A program made the translations under genes and the position numbers. Below, piece by piece: positions 10,340 through 20,105 of a stretch of 64,000 nt of DNA. This DNA is from Abditibacterium sp. (lineage in GTDB: Bacteria; Armatimonadota; Abditibacteriia; Abditibacteriales; Abditibacteriaceae): assembly GCA_965199495.1 (NCBI GenBank), contig CBDASK010000003.1:3968001-4032000 (forward strand), written 5' to 3'. Position 1 is the stretch's first letter, and each line of letters begins with the position of its first letter. Under the pieces are notes generated by a model. It did not search any database. It saw only the letters and a list, made by a program, of their open reading frames with translations, and was not told the origin of the DNA.

Positions 10340-11434
10340 TTATTTCCGGTTTATCGCCAGTTTGCGCACGCCGTCTACATCGCCCGCCAACAAAGTTTTG
10401 TTGTCGAGCCAGACCAACGCTATTGCTGGATCATCCATTTTTCTGACGCGCTTGCCGGTTACGATATTCCAAATTTCGACTTGGCTGACTTTACGTCCAT
10501 TGATGCCCACCAGCAGTTGCTGATTGGGCGAAATGTCCTGAGCGTCAAAGAAATCCTCGGTTTTCAGAGTGCGCTTGACTTTGAGAGTTCGCGTATCGAA
10601 CACAAAAGTTCCATCTCCCATGTTCGCTCGCCCTTTGCCCGTTTCTAAGGGGGCGCCGTTTCCAATAAACAATTTCGAGTCGCGTGTAAACAGCGGCTCA
10701 TCATAAGGCATGAAATAGGAAAAATCTCGCGATTTGCCGCTCGGAATTGCATAAGCCGTAAAGCCAGAAACACCCTCAAATCCATCCGAAATTAACAAAG
10801 TTCGCCCATCGGGAGAATACGAAATGTGGTTCGCCATTTCGATATACGAATTACGCGTTTTTAGCGGACGGCTCTTCCAAGTTTTCGTATCGAATAGCGG
10901 GATATTGGGAACACCAACCGCGATAGTGCGCCCGTCGGGCGAGTAATCGAGCGGCATGCGTCCTCTATTATCATCGCCGCCGTTGAGCGTGCCCTGATAC
11001 AAAAGTTTTTTGGTTCGCCAGTTCCACACCAGAATTTTGTCATCCGCTCCGGTGATGGCGATCTGTTTCCCATCGGGCGACCACGCCAGAAAGCGCACGC
11101 CACCCGACACTTTCCACCTTTTGACAACGCGATTAGAAGCGCAATCTCGCACCGTAATGAAGCCGTCTATTGAAGCGCTATTGCGCAAAGTTCCCACCAC
11201 CAAATACTTTCGATTCGGCGAAAACTCGACCGCGCGCACCTCGCCCAAATATTCTTCAGGCGTAGGTGTCGGCGTCGGAGCCATCTGTTCGGATTCGACT
11301 TGAGTCGTCGCGCGAGATGTTGGCCGCGAAGTCGGCGTGGCTGCTGTTGTCGCTCGCTTGTCGGTGCAGCCACCGGCAACCAATGCGGCTGTAAACAAAA
11401 TCAAACATAACAAATAGCGCGGCGAAATTTCCAT
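10340..11434 (-). CDS. WD40 beta-propeller lipoprotein (paralog of 9246-10322)
   Basis: Lipobox VAGGC; WSPDG/YSPDG repeats; shares VRDCAxNRVVKxWKV and SDGFEG with its neighbour. Confidence 0.85.
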   Translation of the reverse strand: MEISPRYLLCLILFTAALVAGGCTDKRATTAATPTSRPTSRATTQVESEQMAPTPTPTPEEYLGEVRAVEFSPNRKYLVVGTLRNSASIDGFITVRDCASNRVVKRWKVSGGVRFLAWSPDGKQIAITGADDKILVWNWRTKKLLYQGTLNGGDDNRGRMPLDYSPDGRTIAVGVPNIPLFDTKTWKSRPLKTRNSYIEMANHISYSPDGRTLLISDGFEGVSGFTAYAIPSGKSRDFSYFMPYDEPLFTRDSKLFIGNGAPLETGKGRANMGDGTFVFDTRTLKVKRTLKTEDFFDAQDISPNQQLLVGINGRKVSQVEIWNIVTGKRVRKMDDPAIALVWLDNKTLLAGDVDGVRKLAINRK

Positions 11435-11493
11435 AGATTAAAAATTAACATATTATGAATAAGGGCGCAAGTCGTTCGCTTGGCGTATAAATA

Positions 11494-12355
11494 ACCAATG
11501 GTGCGGGTGTGCGAAGGAGTCATCGGGACGGCAAACTTTGAGGTTGACCAAAACACCAAAGAGCCTCCCCGATGACCACAATTGATTTTACCATTGCCCT
11601 GTTTTGCCGTGTCGATGATGGGTTATTCGACCAAGAGAAACACCCGTTTTCCCTGCTTCATCCCAGCGAAGTTGTGACACTGGCGATGCTGCAAGTGCTG
11701 CGCGGCGAAGGCAATCGCGCTTTTGATCGTTGGGTGCGGCGCGAGTTAGGCCCGCTCTTTCCCCGGCTGCCCGAACGCACACGCCTGTTCCGTTTGTTCG
11801 TCACTTATCAAGCACTCTGTCAACGTTTTCTGGCCACAGCCACGCTCTTTGGCGTGGTGGACTCCTACGGCATCGAGCTTGTGCATCCCTGGCGCGAGCG
11901 GCACACTCAGCGCGAGATTGCGCGCAAAGGCAAGAGTCTGCACCGTTGGATTGTTGGGGCCAAAATCTGCGTATTGACCGATAATCTGGGGCGCATCGTG
12001 GGCTTTCGCGTGGATGGGGCGGGCGTGCATGACAGCGCCTTTCACCCGCTCATCGAGTCGGTCAAAGAGCAGATGATCGTGTTTAGCGACGGAGGCTTCC
12101 ACGCCCGTGGGGGCGACCCAGAAAACCTGAAGATCTGCCGCAAGGGGCAGTGGAACGACCGTATGATCGTCGAGACGCTCTTCTCTTTGTTCACAACCGT
12201 CTTGAGGATGAAGAAGCTCGCCCATCGGTTGCTTGAACCGCTCAAAGCCCGATTGGCTTATACCTGCGCCGTCTGTAATATCTGCTTCGATTGGGACGGA
12301 AAAACCGAACTGCGTTTGGCCCAGTTTAAGCTCTAAAGACACCCGCACCATTGGT
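11494..12355 (+). mobile_element. Complete IS982-family insertion sequence
   Basis: Perfect 17-bp terminal IRs ACCAATGGTGCGGGTGT (11494-11510 / 12339-12355), 6-bp direct repeat TAAATA (11488-11493 / 12356-12361), single DDE transposase. Confidence 0.9.
11572..12336 (+). CDS. IS982-family DDE transposase
   Basis: FCRVDD N-terminus; GVVDS, FSDGGF and RMIVETLFS carry the D-D-E residues. Confidence 0.85.
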   Translation: MTTIDFTIALFCRVDDGLFDQEKHPFSLLHPSEVVTLAMLQVLRGEGNRAFDRWVRRELGPLFPRLPERTRLFRLFVTYQALCQRFLATATLFGVVDSYGIELVHPWRERHTQREIARKGKSLHRWIVGAKICVLTDNLGRIVGFRVDGAGVHDSAFHPLIESVKEQMIVFSDGGFHARGGDPENLKICRKGQWNDRMIVETLFSLFTTVLRMKKLAHRLLEPLKARLAYTCAVCNICFDWDGKTELRLAQFKL

Positions 12356-12380
12356 TAAATAGCGATTGGGCCGCGAAAAT

Positions 12381-13331
12381 ATGAGATTATTCGGTATAGA
12401 CTTCATCGGCGTCAACGCCGAAAACGGGCGCAAACTGTTGATTTCCCTCGCGCTCATCGCGATTATTTTGCTCCTCGGTTGGGTGTTGCGCCGCTTGGCT
12501 AATTTGGTTTTGGGGCGCGACAGCCAACAAAAAACTCGCTTTTGGACGCAGCAGGGCATCGGTTTATTCACCACGATTCTGTTGCTTATTTCGATTGTTT
12601 CGGTTTGGTTCGACGATCCGACTCGACTGACGACGGCAATTGGACTTATCAGCGCGGGGTTGGCGTTTGCGTTGCAAAAAGTCGTGACTTCCATCGCCGG
12701 TTATTTCGTGATTTTGCGCGGCAAAAACTTCACTATTGGCGACCGCATTTCGATGGGTGGCGTGCGCGGCGACGTGATTGGGCTGGGTTTCATCCAAACC
12801 ACGATTATGGAAATGGGCCAACCACCCGCCGTGCAGAGCGCCGACCCCGCCGTTTGGGTGAAAAGCCGCCAGTTCACCGGGCGCATTGTTTCGGTGGCCA
12901 ACGCCAACATTTTCGACGAACCGGTTTTTAATTATACCCGCGATTTCCCGTTTATCTGGGAAGAAATCACGATTCCGATTACTTATCAGGACAAGCGCGT
13001 CAAAGCCGAAGAGATACTTTTGGCGGCGACTAAAAAGCACGTTTTGAAAATCAGCGAAATCAGCGAAACCGCCGTGAAGAAATTGGAAAAAGAATACTTC
13101 GTCAATATCAAAGATTTCGAGCCGCGCGTTTATTATCGTATCACCGATAACTGGCTCGAACTTTCGGTGCGCTTCATCGTGGGCGAACATAACATTCGCG
13201 GCATCAAAGACCAGATCAGCCGCGAAATTTTGCAGGAGTTCGACGCCAACGGCATCGGCATCGCCTCGGCGACTTACGATATCGTCGGTTTCCCGCCGCT
13301 ACGCTACGAAAATAAAGTGCCGGGCGAATAA
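12381..13331 (+). CDS. mscS: MscS-family mechanosensitive channel
   Basis: Three TM helices, then AGLAFALQKVVTSIAG, FTIGDRI, GDVIGLG, VFNYTR. Confidence 0.9.
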   Translation: MRLFGIDFIGVNAENGRKLLISLALIAIILLLGWVLRRLANLVLGRDSQQKTRFWTQQGIGLFTTILLLISIVSVWFDDPTRLTTAIGLISAGLAFALQKVVTSIAGYFVILRGKNFTIGDRISMGGVRGDVIGLGFIQTTIMEMGQPPAVQSADPAVWVKSRQFTGRIVSVANANIFDEPVFNYTRDFPFIWEEITIPITYQDKRVKAEEILLAATKKHVLKISEISETAVKKLEKEYFVNIKDFEPRVYYRITDNWLELSVRFIVGEHNIRGIKDQISREILQEFDANGIGIASATYDIVGFPPLRYENKVPGE

Positions 13332-13446
13332 ATTCGCGGCAACATTGAGCAAAGTCCGCCTGCGCGGACTGAAATTATTACGTCAAAGAATTTGCCCGCA
13401 GTCCGCGCAGGCGGACTTTGCTCAATGTTGCCGCGAATTTATTCGC
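13324..13446. repeat. Long inverted repeat, family C
   Basis: 48-bp perfect arms GCGAATAAATTCGCGGCAACATTGAGCAAAGTCCGCCTGCGCGGACTG; each arm holds internal palindromes; contains the mscS stop codon. Confidence 0.9.
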
Positions 13447-13473
13447 TCGCAGACCTACAAAGCCAACCTATAA

Positions 13474-14115
13474 CTACTTCGATTCCTGCTTCATCCGGTA
13501 AATTACTTTCACCAAACTTTCGGCGTCGGGCGCGTTTTCGGTTGACAAAGCATCGCCGACCAATTTTTCGGCTTCGGCGCGTTTGTGACCGAGCATCATC
13601 AGCAATTGCAGCGCTTCTTCGGCGACATCGGAGTGCGCGCCCAGCGCGGCTTGGCGCGCGCGTTCGTCCATGTCGCCGTCTTGCATCAAGGCGAATTTGG
13701 CCAGTTTGCCTTGCAACGTCGCGATAATGTCGCGCGCCTTTTGCTTGCCGACACCCGGCAAACTCAACAATAAAGTCGTGTTGGCGCTTTCGATGGCGCT
13801 GGCGAGGGTCGAAACCGGGCGCGCAAATGTCGAAAGTCCCGATTTCGGCCCCATGCGCGGCACCAGCAATAATTTCTCGAAAAACTCGCGTTCGATAGAG
13901 TTCTGGAAACCCAACAGCGTCGGCGTGGCTCTGTTCTGGTCTATCTGCAAATAATACATCGTTTCCAGAGTCAGCTTTTCGCCAATCGGCATCGTTTCCA
14001 ATGCTTTGGCCACGATGAGCGGCACGAACACTTCGTAAGTCAGGCCGCCGGAAGTCTCGATGTGCAGCGAATTGTCGCCGCGCCCGGCGAAGGTGCCGGA
14101 AATTTTGGAAATCAT
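13474..14115 (-). CDS. ruvA: Holliday junction DNA helicase subunit RuvA
   Basis: MISKISG..GGLTYEV, HhH motifs VPRMGPK and LPGVGKQKA, C-terminal EALQLLMMLGH. Confidence 0.93.
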   Translation of the reverse strand: MISKISGTFAGRGDNSLHIETSGGLTYEVFVPLIVAKALETMPIGEKLTLETMYYLQIDQNRATPTLLGFQNSIEREFFEKLLLVPRMGPKSGLSTFARPVSTLASAIESANTTLLLSLPGVGKQKARDIIATLQGKLAKFALMQDGDMDERARQAALGAHSDVAEEALQLLMMLGHKRAEAEKLVGDALSTENAPDAESLVKVIYRMKQESK

Positions 14116-14309
14116 AAAGCAAGCTTTAGTTTAAACGTTGCCGCAATCCCGGTGAGACGCCAATTTATCGCGTCTCAAGCGCTGAACTGAGTTCAACTTA
14201 CGGCAGTTCCAATTCCTAAAACGCAAGAAATCGACGTTTCTGCGGCGAATAAAAATCTGGCCGCTCGATTTCGATCAAAGCAAATTTAACCCCAATTCAT
14301 CGTTCGCAC

Positions 14310-14984
14310 CTATTTTGCGATGCGTTCTTCGATAAAGCGGTGATTATCCAATTCGCGCACGATGACGCGGGCGGCGAGTTGGTAGCCGTAGCGCGACGGA
14401 TAAAGGTTGCCGTTTTGATCGTAAAATCGGCGCGCGTTTTCGCCTTCTTTGGCGCGCTTTTGCACTTCGGCGTCAATATCAGCCACGGGCCAGCCCTCGT
14501 CTTCGGCGATGGCGCGCGCTTCGTCAATGAACATCTTCACGCCATCGGCGAAGCGGCCCCGCGTGGCTTTGCTGGTGTTGTGAAACGCGTCCAGACCGTC
14601 CAAAAATTCGCCGCGCGGCGGCGCGGCAGCCAGACAAAATAGGCGTTTGGAAGTCGTCGTGCGCTCGATTTCGTCCCAAATGCGCCGCAAAATATCGCGA
14701 TATTCGCTCAAACCTTCCGGCCCGTCCCAAAATTGAGTGTAGGCGCAACTTTCGATAATCGTGACGTCGGGATTGGTATAAGCCAAGTTTTTGGCGTCTC
14801 CGCTATCGTTGGCGACGCGCCATAACGCGTTGCCAATGCGCGAATCGTCGCGCCCATAGTTGGAAATATGGAAGCTCGAATGCGTATAAAGTCGGGTCAA
14901 CTCGCCGTTAAATTCGGCGCAATCGGCGCCCCAGCGCCCGAAAATGCCATCGCCCAAAAGCGCGATTGAAGAAGAGTTCGTCAT
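14310..14984 (-). CDS. SGNH/GDSL-fold protein with degenerate catalytic residues
   Basis: IALLGDGI (block I), ISNYGR, PDVTIIE, NLYPSRYGYQLAA (block V position). Confidence 0.6.
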   Translation of the reverse strand: MTNSSSIALLGDGIFGRWGADCAEFNGELTRLYTHSSFHISNYGRDDSRIGNALWRVANDSGDAKNLAYTNPDVTIIESCAYTQFWDGPEGLSEYRDILRRIWDEIERTTTSKRLFCLAAAPPRGEFLDGLDAFHNTSKATRGRFADGVKMFIDEARAIAEDEGWPVADIDAEVQKRAKEGENARRFYDQNGNLYPSRYGYQLAARVIVRELDNHRFIEERIAK

Positions 14985-15016
14985 GTATATGAAGATTGCT
15001 TCGCGCGGTTTTGGCC

Positions 15017-15162
15017 TTTAGCCACAGAGTTCACGGAGAACGCACAGAGGGGCACAGAAAAAACAAGAGAACTCTGAAAATTATGTTGGCTGTTCCAACT
15101 TTTTGAATTTCTTTGTTTTCCCTGTGCCCCTCTGTGCGTTCTCCGTGAACTCTGTGGCTAAA
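15017..15162. repeat. CACAGAG-rich inverted repeat, family D copy 1
   Basis: TTTAGCCACAGAGTTCACGGAGAACGCACAGAGGGGCACAG and its reverse complement; related copy at 38614-38751. Confidence 0.88.
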
Positions 15163-16810
15163 TCGTCAATTTGCCGCTGGCGAAATGTCGTCCGCTTGCG
15201 GTGATTTCGATTAAACTCGATTGATAAACGCCCTCGATTTTTTCGGGCAGTGTATCGAGCGCTACCAAGGTTTGATTCAGCACGGCGAATTGCGGGCCTT
15301 CATCGGGATAGAAGCGCGTGCCGGTGGCTATTGGCACGAGGGCGCCATTCTCTAACGCGCGCTCGCGCGTCGCACCGAACGGAATGCGTTCGATGTGCGC
15401 GTGATCGGTTGGCATATCTTCGTCGGCGCGCACCCAAATTTTGGCGTCGGTTTCGAGTTCGAGCGCGCGCGTCCATTCGCCGTCATCGCCGATGAAATCG
15501 CACGCGGTCGAAGGATGCATCTGGACGCGAAACTGCGCGCCGCTTTGGCCCATCGCGAGGGCGCGCAGTTGGCGGCGCGCGTCAATGGCGACCGATTCGC
15601 CGCGCGCCACGAAACCGGCGCCGCCGCAACGCGGGCACGGCTCGCCCAGCGCGGTGCGTAGCGATTGACTTTCGCGGCGCCGCGTCATTTCGACCAAACC
15701 CGACGGCGAAACCTGCACGATGCGCGTGCGATTGCGGTCGTCTTTGAGCGCGGTTTCGAGCGCGTTCAAAACTTTCACGCGGTCGCGCGTTTTGTCCATA
15801 TCAATGAAATCCACCACGATAATGCCGCCCAAATCGCGCGCGCGCAGTTGCCGCGCGATCTCTTCGACCGCTTCCAAATTGGTCGCCACAACGGTTTCGG
15901 CCAAGCCTTTTTTGCCGGTGAAAGAACCAGTATTAACATCAATGGCGACTAAGGCTTCGGCTTCGTCAATGGCGATGGAGCCACCGCGCGGCAGTGGCAC
16001 GCTGCGTTGCGCCGCCAACTCGACATCGCGCGCGATGCCAAAGCGTTCAAAAAGCGGCGTCGGCTCATCGTAAAATTGAATTAAACGCGCCAACTGCGGC
16101 GCCAACTCGCGAATCTGCGCCGCAAACGTTTCGACGACCGAACGCGAATCAATGTAAATCGCGCTTACGTCATCGCTCAAGCGGTCGCGCGCGATGCGGC
16201 CTAAAAGTCCCAAATCTTCGTGAATCAAACCGGGCGCATTGATGTTTTTGGCCGCAGCCGTAACCGTCGCTAACTGGCGCAAAAGCGACGAAATATCGGC
16301 GCCGATTTGCGCTTCGCTCATGCCGTCGGCTTCGGTGCGGATAATCACGCCGTGATCGAGCGGGCGCAAACGGTCGGCGATGCGGCGCAAACGAACGCGC
16401 TCTTCTTCGCTCGAAATGCGCTTGGAAACGCCCGTTCCGTCGCCGCCCGCGACCAAAATCGCGGCACGTCCCGGCAGCGAAAGCCGCGAGGTCACGCGCG
16501 CGCCTTTGGTGCCGACGGGCGGGCGCGCGACCTGAACCAAAATCTCCTGGCGCGGCTGAATCAGTTGGTTAATCGGCCCGATTTTCTCGCTGACGATGTC
16601 GCCGACGTAAAGTAGCGCGTTGCGTTTGTGGCCGATGTCCACGAACGCCGCGTCCATGCCGGGCACGATATTCTCGACTCGGCCCTTGTAAATATTGCCC
16701 AACAATCGTTGCCCGCGCTCGATGTCGAGGTCGAACAGACGCCCATCGCGCACTTCGGCGACGCGAATTTCGGGCGGCTCAACGTTGACTAAAAAGATGC
16801 GCGAACTCAT
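15158..16810 (-). CDS. rng: Ribonuclease E/G family
   Basis: GNIYKGRV, AAFVDIG, IDVNTG, GGIIVVDFIDM, GLVEMTR, CPRCGG Zn-link. Confidence 0.93.
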   Translation of the reverse strand: MSSRIFLVNVEPPEIRVAEVRDGRLFDLDIERGQRLLGNIYKGRVENIVPGMDAAFVDIGHKRNALLYVGDIVSEKIGPINQLIQPRQEILVQVARPPVGTKGARVTSRLSLPGRAAILVAGGDGTGVSKRISSEEERVRLRRIADRLRPLDHGVIIRTEADGMSEAQIGADISSLLRQLATVTAAAKNINAPGLIHEDLGLLGRIARDRLSDDVSAIYIDSRSVVETFAAQIRELAPQLARLIQFYDEPTPLFERFGIARDVELAAQRSVPLPRGGSIAIDEAEALVAIDVNTGSFTGKKGLAETVVATNLEAVEEIARQLRARDLGGIIVVDFIDMDKTRDRVKVLNALETALKDDRNRTRIVQVSPSGLVEMTRRRESQSLRTALGEPCPRCGGAGFVARGESVAIDARRQLRALAMGQSGAQFRVQMHPSTACDFIGDDGEWTRALELETDAKIWVRADEDMPTDHAHIERIPFGATRERALENGALVPIATGTRFYPDEGPQFAVLNQTLVALDTLPEKIEGVYQSSLIEITASGRHFASGKLTI

Positions 16811-16831
16811 AATGTCGGATTTCGGAGAGCA

Positions 16832-17019
16832 GATGTCGGATAATGGCGCGATGTGTCATTTCGAGTGAGGCACAAACCGAGAATAGGTCGCCCACGCGGC
16901 AACGCAGATTACAGCGACTTTTACTTTCTGGCTTGCCCATCCGTTCCGCTGACGCGGTGTCGTAAGATTTCTCGGTTCGTGCCTCACTCGAAATGACAAT
17001 CGCGCCATTATCCGACATC
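16832..17019. repeat. Composite inverted repeat (GTCATTTCGAGTGAGGCAC core inside GATGTCGGA-type arms)
   Basis: GATGTCGGATAATGGCGCGAT-TGTCATTTCGAGTGAGGCACAAACCGAGAA ... TTCTCGGTTCGTGCCTCACTCGAAATGACAATCGCGCCATTATCCGACATC. Confidence 0.85.
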
Positions 17020-17080
17020 CGTAATTCCCGGCGCCTTAGTTTAGCGCGGGGTAAAATATAAGCGGCACGTCGCCAAAATC

Positions 17081-18067
17081 ATGTCAACTCAAATCATTCG
17101 CCGCGCCGCCGTGGCTGCTCCGGTTCAACCCAACTCGGCGCCGCGCCATCTCGATGCGATGGACGCGTTCGAGTGGTTTTTGCGCATTGATGTCGCCAAC
17201 GGCGACGCCACGCCCGACACGGTCGAGGCTTACCGGCGCGAAGTCGGCGCGTGGGTCAATTGGTGCGAAAGCCAAGGTTACGATCCGGCGAACATTTCGC
17301 GCCACGAAATCGAGATGTATCGCGAGAGTATGAAAGAGCGCGGGTTCGCGGTTTCAACGCGCGCCTTCAAACTTTCGATTGTGCGGCGCTTTTACGATTC
17401 GGCGGTGCGCCACGGTTTCGCCCAGACCAATCCCGCCGATGGCGTGCGCCCCGGCAAAGATTTGACAGCGCCCGAAGACAAAATGAAAGTCCTCGACCGC
17501 GAATCGCTGACCAAACTCATCGCCGCGATTCCCGGCGACACGCTCGCCGGAACGCGCGACCGCGCCATCATCGGATTGATGGCGCTGCACGGTTTGCGGC
17601 GCATCGAAGTTCACCGATTGGATCATGCGTCGTTGCGCGGCGGCGACAGCGGCAATCCGCATTTGGAAGTGCAGGGCAAAGGCTCCAAGCGCCGTCTGGT
17701 GTATTTGCGGCAAGACACCTTCGAGGCGCTGGAAATTTATCGCCACGCCAAGTTTGAAGCAAATTTGAAAGACGACGGCGCGATTTTCGTTGGCCACGGC
17801 AACAACGGGCGCGGCCAACGTTTGTCGCGTCAGGCGCTCAACGAAATCGTCGCCAAACATTTGAACGCGGCTCATCTAAAAAAATTGGGCGTCAACTGCC
17901 ACGCGCTGCGCCATACTTTTGGCACTTTGTCAGTTGCGGGCGGCGCCAAAATCGAACATCTGCGCGACGCGATGGGCCACGCGCACATTGACACGACCTC
18001 GATTTACGTCAAAGCCGTCGAAAAGCAAAAGCATAATCCGGCCAACTTTATTGATGTCGAATTGTAA
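17081..18067 (+). CDS. Xer-like tyrosine recombinase
   Basis: N-terminal SAM-like domain; catalytic GLRRIE (R), GKGSK (K), HALRH (HxxR), GH..IDTTSIY (H,Y). Confidence 0.92.
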   Translation: MSTQIIRRAAVAAPVQPNSAPRHLDAMDAFEWFLRIDVANGDATPDTVEAYRREVGAWVNWCESQGYDPANISRHEIEMYRESMKERGFAVSTRAFKLSIVRRFYDSAVRHGFAQTNPADGVRPGKDLTAPEDKMKVLDRESLTKLIAAIPGDTLAGTRDRAIIGLMALHGLRRIEVHRLDHASLRGGDSGNPHLEVQGKGSKRRLVYLRQDTFEALEIYRHAKFEANLKDDGAIFVGHGNNGRGQRLSRQALNEIVAKHLNAAHLKKLGVNCHALRHTFGTLSVAGGAKIEHLRDAMGHAHIDTTSIYVKAVEKQKHNPANFIDVEL

Positions 18068-18153
18068 GAAAGTTATTTTCTCCAATTGGATTTCCTGCTC
18101 TCTTTGTGTCCCTTCGTGTTTAATTTATTTGTATCCTGAATTGAGTCTTGCCA

Positions 18154-19065
18154 ATGCCCGAACCCCTCCTTTCCGTTTCCCATCTCGAAACCCAATTTTT
18201 CACCGATGATGGCGTTGTCAAAGCCGTTGACGACGTGTCGTTCGATATCGCGCCGCGCGAGATTTTGGGCGTCGTCGGCGAATCTGGTTCGGGCAAATCG
18301 GTCACGAGTCTGTCGGTTTTGCGCTTGGTTTCGGCGCCCGGAAAAATTACCGGCGGCCAAATTCGTTGGAAGGGCAAGGATTTGTTGAAGGATTCCGACC
18401 GCGAGATGCGCAAAGTTCGCGGCAACGAAATCGCGATGATTTTTCAGGAGCCGATGACTTCGCTCGATCCGCTTTACACGGTTGGAAATCACATCGAAGA
18501 AGCCTTGTATTTGCATCAAGGCTTGAAAGGCCATAAGGCGCGCGAGCGGGCGATTGCGGCTTTGGAAGAAGTCGGCATCCGCGAGGCTGCCGCGCGCGTT
18601 GATGCGTATCCACACCAACTTTCGGGCGGTATGCGCCAGCGCGTGATGATCGCCGTGGCTCTGAGTTGCAATCCCGATTTACTCATCGCCGACGAGCCAA
18701 CGACGGCGCTGGATGTAACCGTGCAAGCCAAAATCTTGGATTTGATGCGCGGACTTCGCGACGAAAAACAGATGGCGATATTATTAATCACGCACAATAT
18801 GGGTATCGTCGCCGAGATGTGCGACCGCGTGGCTGTGATGCACGGCGGCAAAATCGTCGAAATGGCCTCGTTAAATGATATTTTTGCCAACCCGCGCCAT
18901 CCGTATACGCAGCAACTTTTGCGCTCGATTCCCACTCTCGATAGCCCGCCCAAAACTCCGCTCGCGACGGTGAGTTGGCACCCGACGCCCCAGCAAGCCA
19001 GCCAAGCTAATTTAATCGAAATCGCGCCGGGCCATAGCGTGAGCGCGTGGGCAGCGGGATTGTAA
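18154..19065 (+). CDS. oppD: Oligopeptide/dipeptide ABC ATP-binding subunit (OppD/DppD)
   Basis: [32 protein letters not shown]. Confidence 0.93.
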   Translation: MPEPLLSVSHLETQFFTDDGVVKAVDDVSFDIAPREILGVVGESGSGKSVTSLSVLRLVSAPGKITGGQIRWKGKDLLKDSDREMRKVRGNEIAMIFQEPMTSLDPLYTVGNHIEEALYLHQGLKGHKARERAIAALEEVGIREAAARVDAYPHQLSGGMRQRVMIAVALSCNPDLLIADEPTTALDVTVQAKILDLMRGLRDEKQMAILLITHNMGIVAEMCDRVAVMHGGKIVEMASLNDIFANPRHPYTQQLLRSIPTLDSPPKTPLATVSWHPTPQQASQANLIEIAPGHSVSAWAAGL

Positions 19066-19116
19066 CCGTAAATTTACATTTTGCACCCAAGCGTTAGCAA
19101 ATATCACTGTCAAATC

Positions 19117-19201
19117 TACATCCCGCACCCCCTCTGTCCTTCGGACATCTCCCCCTCCGAAAGGGGGAGATGTCCGAAGGACAGAGGGGATGCGGGATGT
19201 A
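19117..19201. repeat. Near-perfect 85-bp hairpin
   Basis: TACATCCCGCACCCCCTCTGTCCTTCGGACATCTCCCCCT-CCGAA-AGGGGGAGATGTCCGAAGGACAGAGGGGATGCGGGATGTA between oppD and oppF. Confidence 0.9.
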
Positions 19202-19229
19202 ATGCTCTTTCTTTTTCACGAAATTTCTC

Positions 19230-20042
19230 ATGTCTCCTCTTCTTCAAGTCACTAATTTAGTCAAACATTTTCCGCTCAAAGGCGACGTTTCGGGCGGCGG
19301 AAGCGGCGTCGTCAAAGCGGTTGATGACGTTTCGTTTTCCATTCATCAAGGCGAAGTTTTCGGCTTGGTCGGCGAATCGGGAAGCGGCAAATCTACGACG
19401 GGCCGTCTGGTTTTGAAACTGATTGAGGCGACTTCGGGCCGCGTGCAGTTCGATGGCAAAGACGTTTATGGCATCGGCAAAACCGAACTGCGCAACCTGC
19501 GCCGCGAAATGCAGATCGTGTTTCAAGACCCGTATGGCGCCTTCAATCCGCGCATGACCGTCGGCAATATCATCGGCGAAGCGCTCGATTTGAAAGAGAT
19601 TTCGCGTTCGCAGCGCAACGCGGCCATCGGTAAATATCTGGAAATGGTGCAGATGCCGCCTGCGATTGCCGGGCGCTATCCGCACGAATTTTCCGGCGGA
19701 CAACGCCAACGCATCGGCATCGCGCGCGCCCTGGCCGTCGAGCCAAAGTTCATCGTCGCCGACGAACCGGTTTCGGCGCTCGACGTTTCGACGCAAGCCG
19801 AAATCGTCAATTTATTATTGGATTTGCAAAAGCGCCTGAACCTGACGATGCTATTTATCTCGCACGATTTGAGCGTGGTGCGCGTCTTATGCGACCGCGT
19901 GGCTGTGATGCAAAACGGCAAGCTCGTCGAGGTAGCCACGGCGGCGCAGTTGTTCGCCGAACCGCAACAAGAATACACGCGCGAACTGTTGGCGGCGGTG
20001 CCAATTCCCGACCCAGCCCGCGCGCGGCGGCGCGCGGCTTAA
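19230..20042 (+). CDS. oppF: Oligopeptide/dipeptide ABC ATP-binding subunit (OppF/DppF)
   Basis: [28 protein letters not shown]. Confidence 0.93.
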   Translation: MSPLLQVTNLVKHFPLKGDVSGGGSGVVKAVDDVSFSIHQGEVFGLVGESGSGKSTTGRLVLKLIEATSGRVQFDGKDVYGIGKTELRNLRREMQIVFQDPYGAFNPRMTVGNIIGEALDLKEISRSQRNAAIGKYLEMVQMPPAIAGRYPHEFSGGQRQRIGIARALAVEPKFIVADEPVSALDVSTQAEIVNLLLDLQKRLNLTMLFISHDLSVVRVLCDRVAVMQNGKLVEVATAAQLFAEPQQEYTRELLAAVPIPDPARARRRAA

Positions 20043-20048
20043 TTCATT

Positions 20049-20105
20049 GTCAATTGTGCACTTTTAGGACGAAAGTAGATTCCGGTCTAAAAGTGCACAA
20101 TTAAC
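20049..20105. repeat. Hairpin at the cassette junction
   Basis: GTCAATTGTGCACTTTTAGGAC...GTCTAAAAGTGCACAATTAAC; its end is also the attC R' box. Confidence 0.8.

Noticed and set aside
17081..18067. Integron integrase IntI for the nearby attC
   Set aside because: Lacks the IntI-specific extra segment before HxxR and is separated from the cassette by oppDF.
20060..20095. Hammerhead ribozyme suggested by GACGAAAGTAG
   Set aside because: No CUGAUGA core or three-stem junction.
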